From the sequence record OQ990040: DNA of 64,000 nucleotides. One strand, 5' to 3'. Source of the DNA: Escherichia phage SUT_E520. The position numbers and the translations under genes were made by a program. The notes under the pieces were generated by a model. That model was not told the DNA's origin. It worked only from the letters and a program-made list of their open reading frames with translations, and searched no databases. Shown piece after piece: positions 34,472 to 42,455 of this stretch; position 1 is the first letter of the stretch, and every line of letters starts with the position of its first letter.

Positions 34472-36821
34472 GACACTAAAATTTAGTAACGTTATGTCTT
34501 ACGGTAAGGACATCGTAATTCATCTCGATAAGAATCCCGTTACTCAACTAATCGGGGGCAATGGGCTAGGGAAATCTACAATTGCTACTGTTATTGAAGA
34601 ACTATTCTATAATAAGAACTCACGCGGTATTAAGAANNNNNNNNNNNNNNNNNNNNNNNNNNNNNNNNNNNNNNNNNNNNNNNNNNNNNNNNNNNNNNNN
34701 NNNNNNNNNNNNNNNNNNNNNNNNNNNNNNNNNNNNAATGGGCTAGGGAAATCTACAATTGCTACTGTTATTGAAGAACTATTCTATAATAAGAACTCAC
34801 GCGGTATTAAGAAAGATGCTCTGTTCTCTTGGTCTTCTCCGAAAAAAGAATACGATATGCACGCTTATTTCTCGAAAGATGAGGATGAGTATGAACTGCA
34901 TAAAGTAGTTAAGTCAACTGCTAAAGTAACTCTTATTAAGAATGGGGAAGATATTAGTGGACACACGGCAACCCAAACATACAAGATGATTGAAGAAATT
35001 ATGGGTGGTGACTTCCAAACATTCACCAAACTGATTTATCAATCGGTGGGCTCCAATCTAGACTTTCTAAAAGCAACGGATGCAACACGTAAGGCTTTTC
35101 TTGTTAACTTGTTCAATCAAGAACAGTATAAAGAAATGTCAGAAACTATTAAGGCTGACCGTAAAGAAATAGCAAATACCTTAAACAATTTGCAAGGCCA
35201 AATGGCTGTAATTACGAAAATCCTTAATGGAAAGAATAATCTAGGAACTCTACAGGAACCTGTAGAAGTACCGGAGTTTGATGAAGAACCATTAGCACAA
35301 GAACTTACTGAATCGAAAATTAAGGCGGCATTAGCCAAGTCTCAAGAGGCTAATATTACTAAATTGCGTAATTTGGACAAAGCTGTACAAGTTGCCGAAC
35401 AATCTTTCGAACCTTTCAAAAATTTACCCGCGCCCACCGACCAAAACGAAGAGATCTCAAGTGTTACGCGTGACCTAACGATTGTGACCTCACGTGCTGG
35501 TGAAGTTAAGAAACGTTATCAGAAGTTCAAGCAAGAGGCTTCAAATACTGAATGTCCTACTTGTGGTACTCATCTGGANNNNNNNNNNNNNNNNNNNNNN
35601 NNNNNNNNNNNNNNNNNNNNNNNNNNNNNNNNNNNNNNNNNNNNNNNNNNNNNNNNNNNNNNNNNNNNNNNNNNNNNNGAAGTTAAGAAACGTTATCAGA
35701 AGTTCAAGCAAGAGGCTTCAAATACTGAATGTCCTACTTGTGGTACTCATCTGGATACAACTGCCGCTCAAAAAGCAATGGATATGGCTAGAACAGAATA
35801 TGATCCTCTGTTCAAAGAGAAGCAATCTCTTGAAGCTAAGCTAGAACAGTTGAGGAAAGAACAACTTGAGTACGTTGCGTATATTAGAGCAAAGGATGCC
35901 TTGGATAAAGCAGTGGTAGCTAGGGACGAGTTCAAAAATTCAATGAGTGATGCTTCTTTTGAAGAACTCAATGTGCAAATCCTACAGGTGCAAATCCGAC
36001 AATTAGAACAGGAAATCGCTGATGGNNNNNNNNNNNNNNNNNNNNNNNNNNNNNNNNNNNNNNNNNNNNNNNNNNNNNNNNNNNNNNNNNNNNNNNNNNN
36101 NNNNNNNNNNNNNNNNNNNNNNNNNGATGCTTCTTTTGAAGAACTCAATGTGCAAATCCTACAGGTGCAAATCCGACAATTAGAACAGGAAATCGCTGAT
36201 GGACGTTCTAAGGTTGCAATTGCCAAAGAGCATAATGCAAATGTCGAATTAGCCAATGCAAAATATAAAGCGAAACTAGAACAGATTGAGAAAGCTGAAG
36301 CAGAAATGTCCGAGATTACTTCCAAATTAAATGAAGTATCAGAAGCTGTTGCTGATCTCGATATTCTGATTGCTGCATTGAAGAATTTAGTAGGATATAA
36401 ACTAGAGCATAGTGTGAAAGTATTTGAAGAACTAATTAATAAATACCTTTCTATTATGACTGGCGGTAAATTCGCACTTGGATTTGAACTTGATGAAACA
36501 AAATTACAAGTAGTAATCTTCAATGATGGAAATCGTACCAGTATGGAGAACTGCTCTACTGGTCAACAGAGTCGAATTAACCTAGCAACCCTGTTAGCTA
36601 TTCGGATGCTGTTAACATCTATTAGTAAAGTTAATATTAATCTTCTATTCCTTGATGAAGTAATTAGCTTTATTGATACGAAAGGACTTGACACTCTTGT
36701 TGAATTATTAAACGAGGAAGAAAGTCTAAATTCTATCATTGTTTCTCATGGGCATACGCATCCACTAGCTCATAAGATTACTGTCAAAAAAGATGCAGAA
36801 GGATTTTCCTACTTAGAATAA
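34452..36821 (+). CDS. SbcC/Rad50-like ATPase; length inflated by three artefactual 177-nt insertions
   Basis: Walker A GGNGLGKST, long coiled-coil with CPTCG zinc hook-like motif, C-terminal signature/Walker B region LLFLDEVISFID. ATG 34452 (MSKITIKTLKF) preferred over the track start 34377. Confidence 0.7.
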   Translation: MSKITIKTLKFSNVMSYGKDIVIHLDKNPVTQLIGGNGLGKSTIATVIEELFYNKNSRGIKXXXXXXXXXXXXXXXXXXXXXXXXXXXXXXXXXXNGLGKSTIATVIEELFYNKNSRGIKKDALFSWSSPKKEYDMHAYFSKDEDEYELHKVVKSTAKVTLIKNGEDISGHTATQTYKMIEEIMGGDFQTFTKLIYQSVGSNLDFLKATDATRKAFLVNLFNQEQYKEMSETIKADRKEIANTLNNLQGQMAVITKILNGKNNLGTLQEPVEVPEFDEEPLAQELTESKIKAALAKSQEANITKLRNLDKAVQVAEQSFEPFKNLPAPTDQNEEISSVTRDLTIVTSRAGEVKKRYQKFKQEASNTECPTCGTHLXXXXXXXXXXXXXXXXXXXXXXXXXXXXXXXXXXEVKKRYQKFKQEASNTECPTCGTHLDTTAAQKAMDMARTEYDPLFKEKQSLEAKLEQLRKEQLEYVAYIRAKDALDKAVVARDEFKNSMSDASFEELNVQILQVQIRQLEQEIADXXXXXXXXXXXXXXXXXXXXXXXXXXXXXXXXXXDASFEELNVQILQVQIRQLEQEIADGRSKVAIAKEHNANVELANAKYKAKLEQIEKAEAEMSEITSKLNEVSEAVADLDILIAALKNLVGYKLEHSVKVFEELINKYLSIMTGGKFALGFELDETKLQVVIFNDGNRTSMENCSTGQQSRINLATLLAIRMLLTSISKVNINLLFLDEVISFIDTKGLDTLVELLNEEESLNSIIVSHGHTHPLAHKITVKKDAEGFSYLE
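34637..34736. other. N-run flanked by identical 77-nt copies (34560-34636 = 34737-34813)
   Basis: Exact 77-mer AATGGGCTAGGGAAATCT...GCGGTATTAAGAA on both sides. Confidence 0.9.
35579..35678. other. N-run flanked by identical 77-nt copies
   Basis: GAAGTTAAGAAACGTTATCAG...ACTCATCTGGA repeated on both sides. Confidence 0.9.
36026..36125. other. N-run flanked by identical 77-nt copies
   Basis: GATGCTTCTTTTGAAGAACTC...ATCGCTGATGG repeated on both sides. Confidence 0.9.
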
Positions 36822-36824
36822 AAC

Positions 36825-37484
36825 ATGGCTGTAGATAGTAGAGAGAAAGGTAAACGTGGTGAATATCAGGTAAGAGATATTCTACGTGAGCGTACAGGTC
36901 TTGAGTGGGAACGTGTTCCTGGCTCTGGTGCTTTTGGCCAGAGCCACGGACTGAAAGGTGACATCTANNNNNNNNNNNNNNNNNNNNNNNNNNNNNNNNN
37001 NNNNNNNNNNNNNNNNNNNNNNNNNNNNNNNNNNNNNNNNNNNNNNNNNNNNNNNNNNNNNNNNNNNCGTACAGGTCTTGAGTGGGAACGTGTTCCTGGC
37101 TCTGGTGCTTTTGGCCAGAGCCACGGACTGAAAGGTGACATCTACCTTCCACCACAAAGCGGACACATTAGTAAATACTGCTTCGAAGTTAAGTGGTATA
37201 AAGATGATAATATATCAAGTAATTTATTTAATGTTGGTGAATCCACTCTAGAGAAGTGGTGGCAGCAGTGCTCACGTGAAGGTGAGCAGATGAACTCCAA
37301 ACCTGCATTAATATTCAAAAAAGACAGAGGACAGTGGTTAATAGCTTTGGATAGCTCAGACCCAATGGTTGACAACTTAATGAGTCGTACCCATATGGTG
37401 TTAAATAAGAAAGACATGGAAATCGTAATTGGTTTATTTGAACCGTGGCTACATCATGCATCTGTTGAGGACTTAATTAAATAA
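36825..37484 (+). CDS. hypothetical protein (T5 D14-like by position); inflated by one artefactual duplication
   Basis: ORF track; sits between the SbcC-like and flap endonuclease genes. Confidence 0.45.
   Translation: MAVDSREKGKRGEYQVRDILRERTGLEWERVPGSGAFGQSHGLKGDIXXXXXXXXXXXXXXXXXXXXXXXXXXXXXXXXXXRTGLEWERVPGSGAFGQSHGLKGDIYLPPQSGHISKYCFEVKWYKDDNISSNLFNVGESTLEKWWQQCSREGEQMNSKPALIFKKDRGQWLIALDSSDPMVDNLMSRTHMVLNKKDMEIVIGLFEPWLHHASVEDLIK
36968..37067. other. N-run flanked by identical 77-nt copies
   Basis: CGTACAGGTCTTGAGTGGGAACG...GGTGACATCTA repeated on both sides. Confidence 0.9.
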
Positions 37485-38536
37485 TGAGTAAATCCTGGGG
37501 AAAATTTATTGAAGAAGAGGAAGCTGAAATGGCTTCCCGTCGTAACCTAATGATTGTCGATGGAACTAACTTAGGCTTTCGCTTCAAACATAACAACAGT
37601 AAAAAACCATTTGCCTCAAGTTATGTTTCCACTATTCAGTCTCTAGCAAAATCTTATTCTGCTAGAACTACAATAGTTTTAGGAGATAAGGGGAAGTCTG
37701 CATTCCGCTTAGAGCATTTACCTGAGTATAAGGGTAATCGAGATGAGAAATACTCTCAGCGTACGGAAGAGGAGAAAGCGTTAGATGAGCAGTTCTTCGA
37801 GTATTTGAAAGATGCTTTCGAGTTATGTGAAACTACATTCCCAACTTTCACTATTCGGGGTGTAGAAGCAGATGATATGGCNNNNNNNNNNNNNNNNNNN
37901 NNNNNNNNNNNNNNNNNNNNNNNNNNNNNNNNNNNNNNNNNNNNNNNNNNNNNNNNNNNNNNNNNNNNNNNNNNNNNNNNNTTGAAAGATGCTTTCGAGT
38001 TATGTGAAACTACATTCCCAACTTTCACTATTCGGGGTGTAGAAGCAGATGATATGGCAGCTTATATTGTTAAACTGATCGGGCATCTATATGATCACGT
38101 TTGGCTGATTTCTACTGATGGTGACTGGGATACTTTATTAACTGATAAAGTATCTCGCTTCTCTTTCACAACACGTCGTGAATACCATCTTCGTGATATG
38201 TATGAGCATCATAATGTTGACGATGTAGAGCAGTTTATCTCCCTGAAAGCAATTATGGGTGATTTAGGGGATAATATCCGAGGTGTTGAAGGTATTGGGG
38301 CAAAGCGCGGGTATAATATTATTCGTGAATTTGGTAACGTTCTGGATATTATTGATCAGCTTCCACTGCCTGGAAAACAGAAATATATACAGAATTTAAA
38401 TGCTTCGGAAGAATTGCTTTATCGAAACCTAATTCTGGTTGATTTACCTACCTACTGTGTGGATGCTATTGCTGCTGTAGGTCAAGATGTATTAGATAAA
38501 TTTACAAAAGATATTTTGGAGATTGCAGAACAATGA
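37484..38536 (+). CDS. 5'-3' exonuclease / flap endonuclease (FEN); inflated by one artefactual duplication
   Basis: PIN-like N-terminus LMIVDGTNLGFR and H3TH-like region; corrected length 350-59 = 291 aa. Confidence 0.85.
   Translation: MSKSWGKFIEEEEAEMASRRNLMIVDGTNLGFRFKHNNSKKPFASSYVSTIQSLAKSYSARTTIVLGDKGKSAFRLEHLPEYKGNRDEKYSQRTEEEKALDEQFFEYLKDAFELCETTFPTFTIRGVEADDMXXXXXXXXXXXXXXXXXXXXXXXXXXXXXXXXXXLKDAFELCETTFPTFTIRGVEADDMAAYIVKLIGHLYDHVWLISTDGDWDTLLTDKVSRFSFTTRREYHLRDMYEHHNVDDVEQFISLKAIMGDLGDNIRGVEGIGAKRGYNIIREFGNVLDIIDQLPLPGKQKYIQNLNASEELLYRNLILVDLPTYCVDAIAAVGQDVLDKFTKDILEIAEQ
37882..37981. other. N-run flanked by identical 77-nt copies
   Basis: TTGAAAGATGCTTTCGAGTTATG...GATGATATGGC repeated on both sides. 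Confidence 0.9.
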
Positions 38537-38979
38537 TTAAAATTAAATTAACTCATCCAGATTGTATGCCTAAGATTGGTTCCGAAGATGCCGCAGGTAT
38601 GGATCTGCGAGCATTCTTTGGTACTAATCCTGCCGCAGACTTACGCGCTATTGCACCAGGCAAATCTCTTATGATTGACACCGGTGTCGCGGTAGAAATT
38701 CCGCGAGGTTGGTTCGGTTTGGTAGTTCCTCGTAGTTCTTTAGGTAAACGCCATTTGATGATTGCAAATACCGCAGGAGTGATTGACTCAGACTATCGTG
38801 GAACTATTAAGATGAATCTGTTTAACTACGGTTCTGAAATTCAAACTCTGGAGAATTTTGAAAGACTTTGTCAGCTAGTAGTAGTACCACACTACTCAAC
38901 TCATAATTTTGAAATCGTTGACGAACTAGGGGAGACTGATCGTGGGGAAGGTGGATTTGGAAGTTCAGGAAGCAAATAA
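38533..38979 (+). CDS. dut: dUTP pyrophosphatase
   Basis: 148 aa with dUTPase motifs AAGMDLRA, RSSLG, GVIDSDYRG, C-terminal GFGSSG. Confidence 0.9.
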   Translation: MIKIKLTHPDCMPKIGSEDAAGMDLRAFFGTNPAADLRAIAPGKSLMIDTGVAVEIPRGWFGLVVPRSSLGKRHLMIANTAGVIDSDYRGTIKMNLFNYGSEIQTLENFERLCQLVVVPHYSTHNFEIVDELGETDRGEGGFGSSGSK

Positions 38980-39208
38980 TTTTACTGATCCTAATATGAT
39001 AGGTATTGATACTAATATGTTAACTTATCAGATTAAAACTGCTGAACCAGAAACGTTTGTGCTAAAAACAGATAAAGAAGGTAATGTTACTTTCTGGGAC
39101 CCTGAAGGTTTTGTAGAGCTTTGTACTAATACGGATAATGAGCATTTAAAACTACTATTAGCTATTTATAATCTTGGTATTATAGAAGGTTGTAGAAGCA
39201 AGTAATAG

Positions 39209-39246
39209 AAAAACCCCGGTGGATTTTGTCCACCGGGGTTTCTTTG
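39209..39246. terminator. bidirectional rho-independent terminator at the early/late convergence point
   Basis: AAAAA-CCCCGGTGGA-TTTTG-TCCACCGGGG-TTTCTTT: perfect 10-bp GC-rich stem with A-run and T-run on either side. Confidence 0.75.
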
Positions 39247-39261
39247 TACTATGTATATGTA

Positions 39262-42030
39262 CTATGAGTTATCTGGCTTAATAAGCTCGCTAACAAGTTT
39301 CTTCAGTTCGGTTAATTCTTGCTCAAGTTTGTTAACTTTATCAGCTTGATAACGAAATGCGCAAGCTAGATCTGCCATAATGACGTTGTTATCAAGTGCT
39401 AATGTGTCATCTGCTTTGTCAACAACAATTTGGCGGTCTACATATTCTTCACCGTCATCGTTAACACCTATAACATCTGCAAAAATATCTCCACCAGGAA
39501 TTAATTTTACATATTCCGGGTCTATTTTTAGAAGGTCTTGGGCTATTAAGCCAAATCGCTGTATGTTGCTTCCATTGTATTTAAACATTGTCGGAAGCCA
39601 CTGCATAACGCGATCATAGCTTTCTTTTCCATCTGTATAGATTATATCGTGCTTTAAATCTCTGTCAGAGTTAGCGGCCTTTTGAAAAATGAAGTTTCCA
39701 TTTGATGACCATGTGGTTATATCGTTTGAGGCTGGTTGAAACTGGAAGTTACAGAAAAAATTACCATCACCACGAAGTCTTAACGAGCAAAAAGGCCAAG
39801 CATTATTTCCCTGTGGGATAAGACCCCAAGTTGCACGAATTGGATAACCACCAGTTGATTGTGTACCCCATGAAAGGCCAGGCGCCCATCCACCATCATT
39901 GTTAGGAATAATCTCGCCCCAAACAAGAGCATTACCCCAATAGTTAGGATCATCCCAGCCCATTTGTTGGGTTTTGCCAGTGTATTGAGCAGAATGAGTT
40001 CTGCCGTCAGGGTAAAACTTGTGCATATAGGACTGTATCCCTGCTTGATACAATTCTATTCCAAAAGATTCAACGTGTGTGTCGCCTCTTCTGATTAAAC
40101 CAGCGATAGCGTAATCGTCATACCAGTTGTAACGACTTACACCAGTCCATGTGTTTATTGGTGGATTCATGATTGAGAATAGTTGTGACGCATTGCGTTC
40201 ATTCCCGTCTGCATAAATACCAGCCCCAGGAGCTAAGGAAATACTTTTCGCTCCCGAAAAAGTACCATTTTCATTAAACTGATAATACTGTGCTAACCCA
40301 TTATGAAATACGCCTATTGTATGCTTTCCTACGCCTACTTGAGTCTCAAAATACGACTGAGAAGAACCAATATCTTCGCCTTGGGTATTCTTTAGTTTTG
40401 AATGGTATATACCTGCGTTTGCAGTAACTGCATTTTCCGTTTCATTTTCAACATTAAGACTAAGGAACTTTGGCGCATGTTTCTCACCAAGCCCTATATT
40501 ATTTCTGATACCATTCGCATCCTTAGCACCTGTACCACCAAATTGAATACCTAGTGGTAGCCATTGATCGGTGGTAGCATCATAAACGCCCCAATGATCC
40601 CCGTCAGCTGGAATGGTTAGATACTTGTTTTTATTTGGAGAATATAAAACTGTTTCTACAGAATTCTGAAACAGCCTATCAACTCCTAAATTATATCTAG
40701 CACCTTCAGGAGTATCTGCTCCTGTACCCCCAGCCGCAGTTGATAATGGAAGAGTTTCCCATGAAATTCCGTCACCTGTTGCATTTCTCTGAAGTACAAT
40801 AAGACCATCATCTCTAATAACAAATCTATATAATCTATTATGTGAATATAAAAAAGTATGAACCCCATCTTGCACAAGTGAGTCTATAAGGAGTGTCTGA
40901 CGAGAAGCATTGATATCCAACAGATCTGAAAGATTATTTTCTTTTAATAACGATTTACTAATGATACCTTCAGCTTTTCCAGCAGCCACTTCCGCGCGCC
41001 CAGCGTCTGTAGATGCGCTTTGTGCGCTACCAGCAGCATTGCTAGCTTGTTGTCCTGCTTCGATAGCGCTATTGCTTGCTTGTGCAGCGGAAGCAGCAGC
41101 AGCATCTTTTAGCGTGGTAGTTTCGGACACAGCAGCGTCCTTAATTCCCTGTGTGTCTATTTTTAGCTGCTCAACGTCTGATTTTAAAGCTACTGTCTCT
41201 GCTACTGCAGTATCCTTAATACCTTGTGTATCTATTTTTAGCTGTTCAACATCTGATTTTAAGCCTTGAATAGTAGTTACTGATTGGCTAGCTGAGGCTG
41301 CGGAATGGGCTGCATTGGTTTCACTAGTTTTTGCATTGGTTTCACTAGTTTTTGCATTGGTTTCACTAGCTTTTGCATTAGTTTCCGAGGTTTTTGCAGC
41401 GGATGCTGATGCGGCGGCTTGTGCAGAGAATATTTCTGCCCCATCTCTATAGCCTTTAGAATCCGAAGCAGAAGCAGCAGCATTAGTTTCACTAGCCTTT
41501 GCCTTATCTTCACTAGTCTTTGCTGCAATAGCAGAAGCAGCAGCATTAGTTTCACTAGCCTTTGCCTTATCTTCGCTAGCCTTTGCATTAGTCTCACTAG
41601 TTTTTGCGTTAGTCTCACTAGTTTTTGCATTAGTTTCACTAGCCTTTGCCTTATCTTCGCTAGTTTTAGCATTAGTCTCAGATATTTTAGCTGCAGCTGC
41701 TGATTCCTCCGATTTAGTAGCTGATGCAGCAGATTGAGTAGCAGATGTAGCGGACTGAGTGGCAGAGGCTTCAGAAGCTCCAGCAGAAATAGCAGCTTCC
41801 TGTTCAGAGTTCTTAGCATTAAGCTCCGAAGTTTTAGCCGCTATCTCAGAATCTTTTGCAGCTGCAGCAGACTTAGCTGCAGCCTCAATAGAAGATACTA
41901 ACTCACTTGCAGTAATAGAGCTAATAGAATTACCTAGAGTTACTGTATATCTAGGAAACTTACTAGCAGTAGCTTTAGTATCATCAATATTTAATATTTG
42001 TTGTACAATAATTTTAGTAGTTACTGCCAT
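39262..42030 (-). CDS. L-shaped tail fiber protein (pb1-like) with C-terminal intramolecular chaperone domain
   Basis: N-terminal Ala/Ser-rich coiled region with TSETNAK-type heptad repeats; C-terminal S74-like region ...DLKHDIIYTDGKESYDRVMQWLP...GLIAQDL.... Confidence 0.75.
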   Translation of the reverse strand: MAVTTKIIVQQILNIDDTKATASKFPRYTVTLGNSISSITASELVSSIEAAAKSAAAAKDSEIAAKTSELNAKNSEQEAAISAGASEASATQSATSATQSAASATKSEESAAAAKISETNAKTSEDKAKASETNAKTSETNAKTSETNAKASEDKAKASETNAAASAIAAKTSEDKAKASETNAAASASDSKGYRDGAEIFSAQAAASASAAKTSETNAKASETNAKTSETNAKTSETNAAHSAASASQSVTTIQGLKSDVEQLKIDTQGIKDTAVAETVALKSDVEQLKIDTQGIKDAAVSETTTLKDAAAASAAQASNSAIEAGQQASNAAGSAQSASTDAGRAEVAAGKAEGIISKSLLKENNLSDLLDINASRQTLLIDSLVQDGVHTFLYSHNRLYRFVIRDDGLIVLQRNATGDGISWETLPLSTAAGGTGADTPEGARYNLGVDRLFQNSVETVLYSPNKNKYLTIPADGDHWGVYDATTDQWLPLGIQFGGTGAKDANGIRNNIGLGEKHAPKFLSLNVENETENAVTANAGIYHSKLKNTQGEDIGSSQSYFETQVGVGKHTIGVFHNGLAQYYQFNENGTFSGAKSISLAPGAGIYADGNERNASQLFSIMNPPINTWTGVSRYNWYDDYAIAGLIRRGDTHVESFGIELYQAGIQSYMHKFYPDGRTHSAQYTGKTQQMGWDDPNYWGNALVWGEIIPNNDGGWAPGLSWGTQSTGGYPIRATWGLIPQGNNAWPFCSLRLRGDGNFFCNFQFQPASNDITTWSSNGNFIFQKAANSDRDLKHDIIYTDGKESYDRVMQWLPTMFKYNGSNIQRFGLIAQDLLKIDPEYVKLIPGGDIFADVIGVNDDGEEYVDRQIVVDKADDTLALDNNVIMADLACAFRYQADKVNKLEQELTELKKLVSELIKPDNS
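41300..41700 (-). repeat. 21-bp tandem repeats inside the tail fiber gene
   Basis: Iterated TTTTGCATTGGTTTCACTAGT-like units in two blocks; generate same-strand phantom ORFs 41277..41819 and 41419..41703. Confidence 0.7.
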
Positions 42031-42452
42031 TATTTAGTTACCCCATCACTGATAAATACTTTACCCTCCATTATACGAAAGGAGCTAATTGCAGATCCTA
42101 TAACATCTCTAGTCATAATTATATCATAGTATCCTGCGAATCGCTGACGAGGGTTATATTTATCTCTATCTTTAGATGCTCTAGCCCCTATATTTTCCAC
42201 AGATTCTACTGGCAAACTTATAGCTACAGCCCCTTGAGCAGCATCAATAATATTAGTAGTAAAGGATGCTAATATCTCCGCATTCTCATCTAGGCTATTT
42301 TTTATAGTACCCCTTAGAGAATACCCGGTTAAGTTAACGGGGGTATTTGTAGGTGGATAAGTACTATCATCAACATCTAAGAACTGCATCATTAAACCAT
42401 ATGGTACTTTCTCATCTATTACTAAATCTATAACTCTATTTTCAGTACTCAT
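42030..42452 (-). CDS. tail collar protein (T5 p132-like, 140 aa)
   Basis: Size and position between pb4-like and tail fiber genes match the T5 arrangement as I recall it. Confidence 0.55.
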   Translation of the reverse strand: MSTENRVIDLVIDEKVPYGLMMQFLDVDDSTYPPTNTPVNLTGYSLRGTIKNSLDENAEILASFTTNIIDAAQGAVAISLPVESVENIGARASKDRDKYNPRQRFAGYYDIIMTRDVIGSAISSFRIMEGKVFISDGVTK

Positions 42453-42455
42453 TAT

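Noticed and set aside
35768-36523. 251-aa minus-strand ORF inside the SbcC-like gene
   Set aside because: Antisense to a well-supported ATPase gene, Ser/Cys-rich low-complexity product, and spans an artefactual N-run.
38996-39205. Small ORF overlapping the 3' end of dut (track ORF 38942..39205)
   Set aside because: No convincing RBS, overlaps the dUTPase C-terminus and runs into the bidirectional terminator stem; kept only as a low-probability possibility.
41277-41819. 180-aa and 94-aa ORFs (41277..41819 minus; 41419..41703 plus) with Leu/Lys/Gln-rich repeats
   Set aside because: Alternative-frame readings of the 21-bp tandem repeats inside the tail fiber gene; they are phantom ORFs generated by the repeats.
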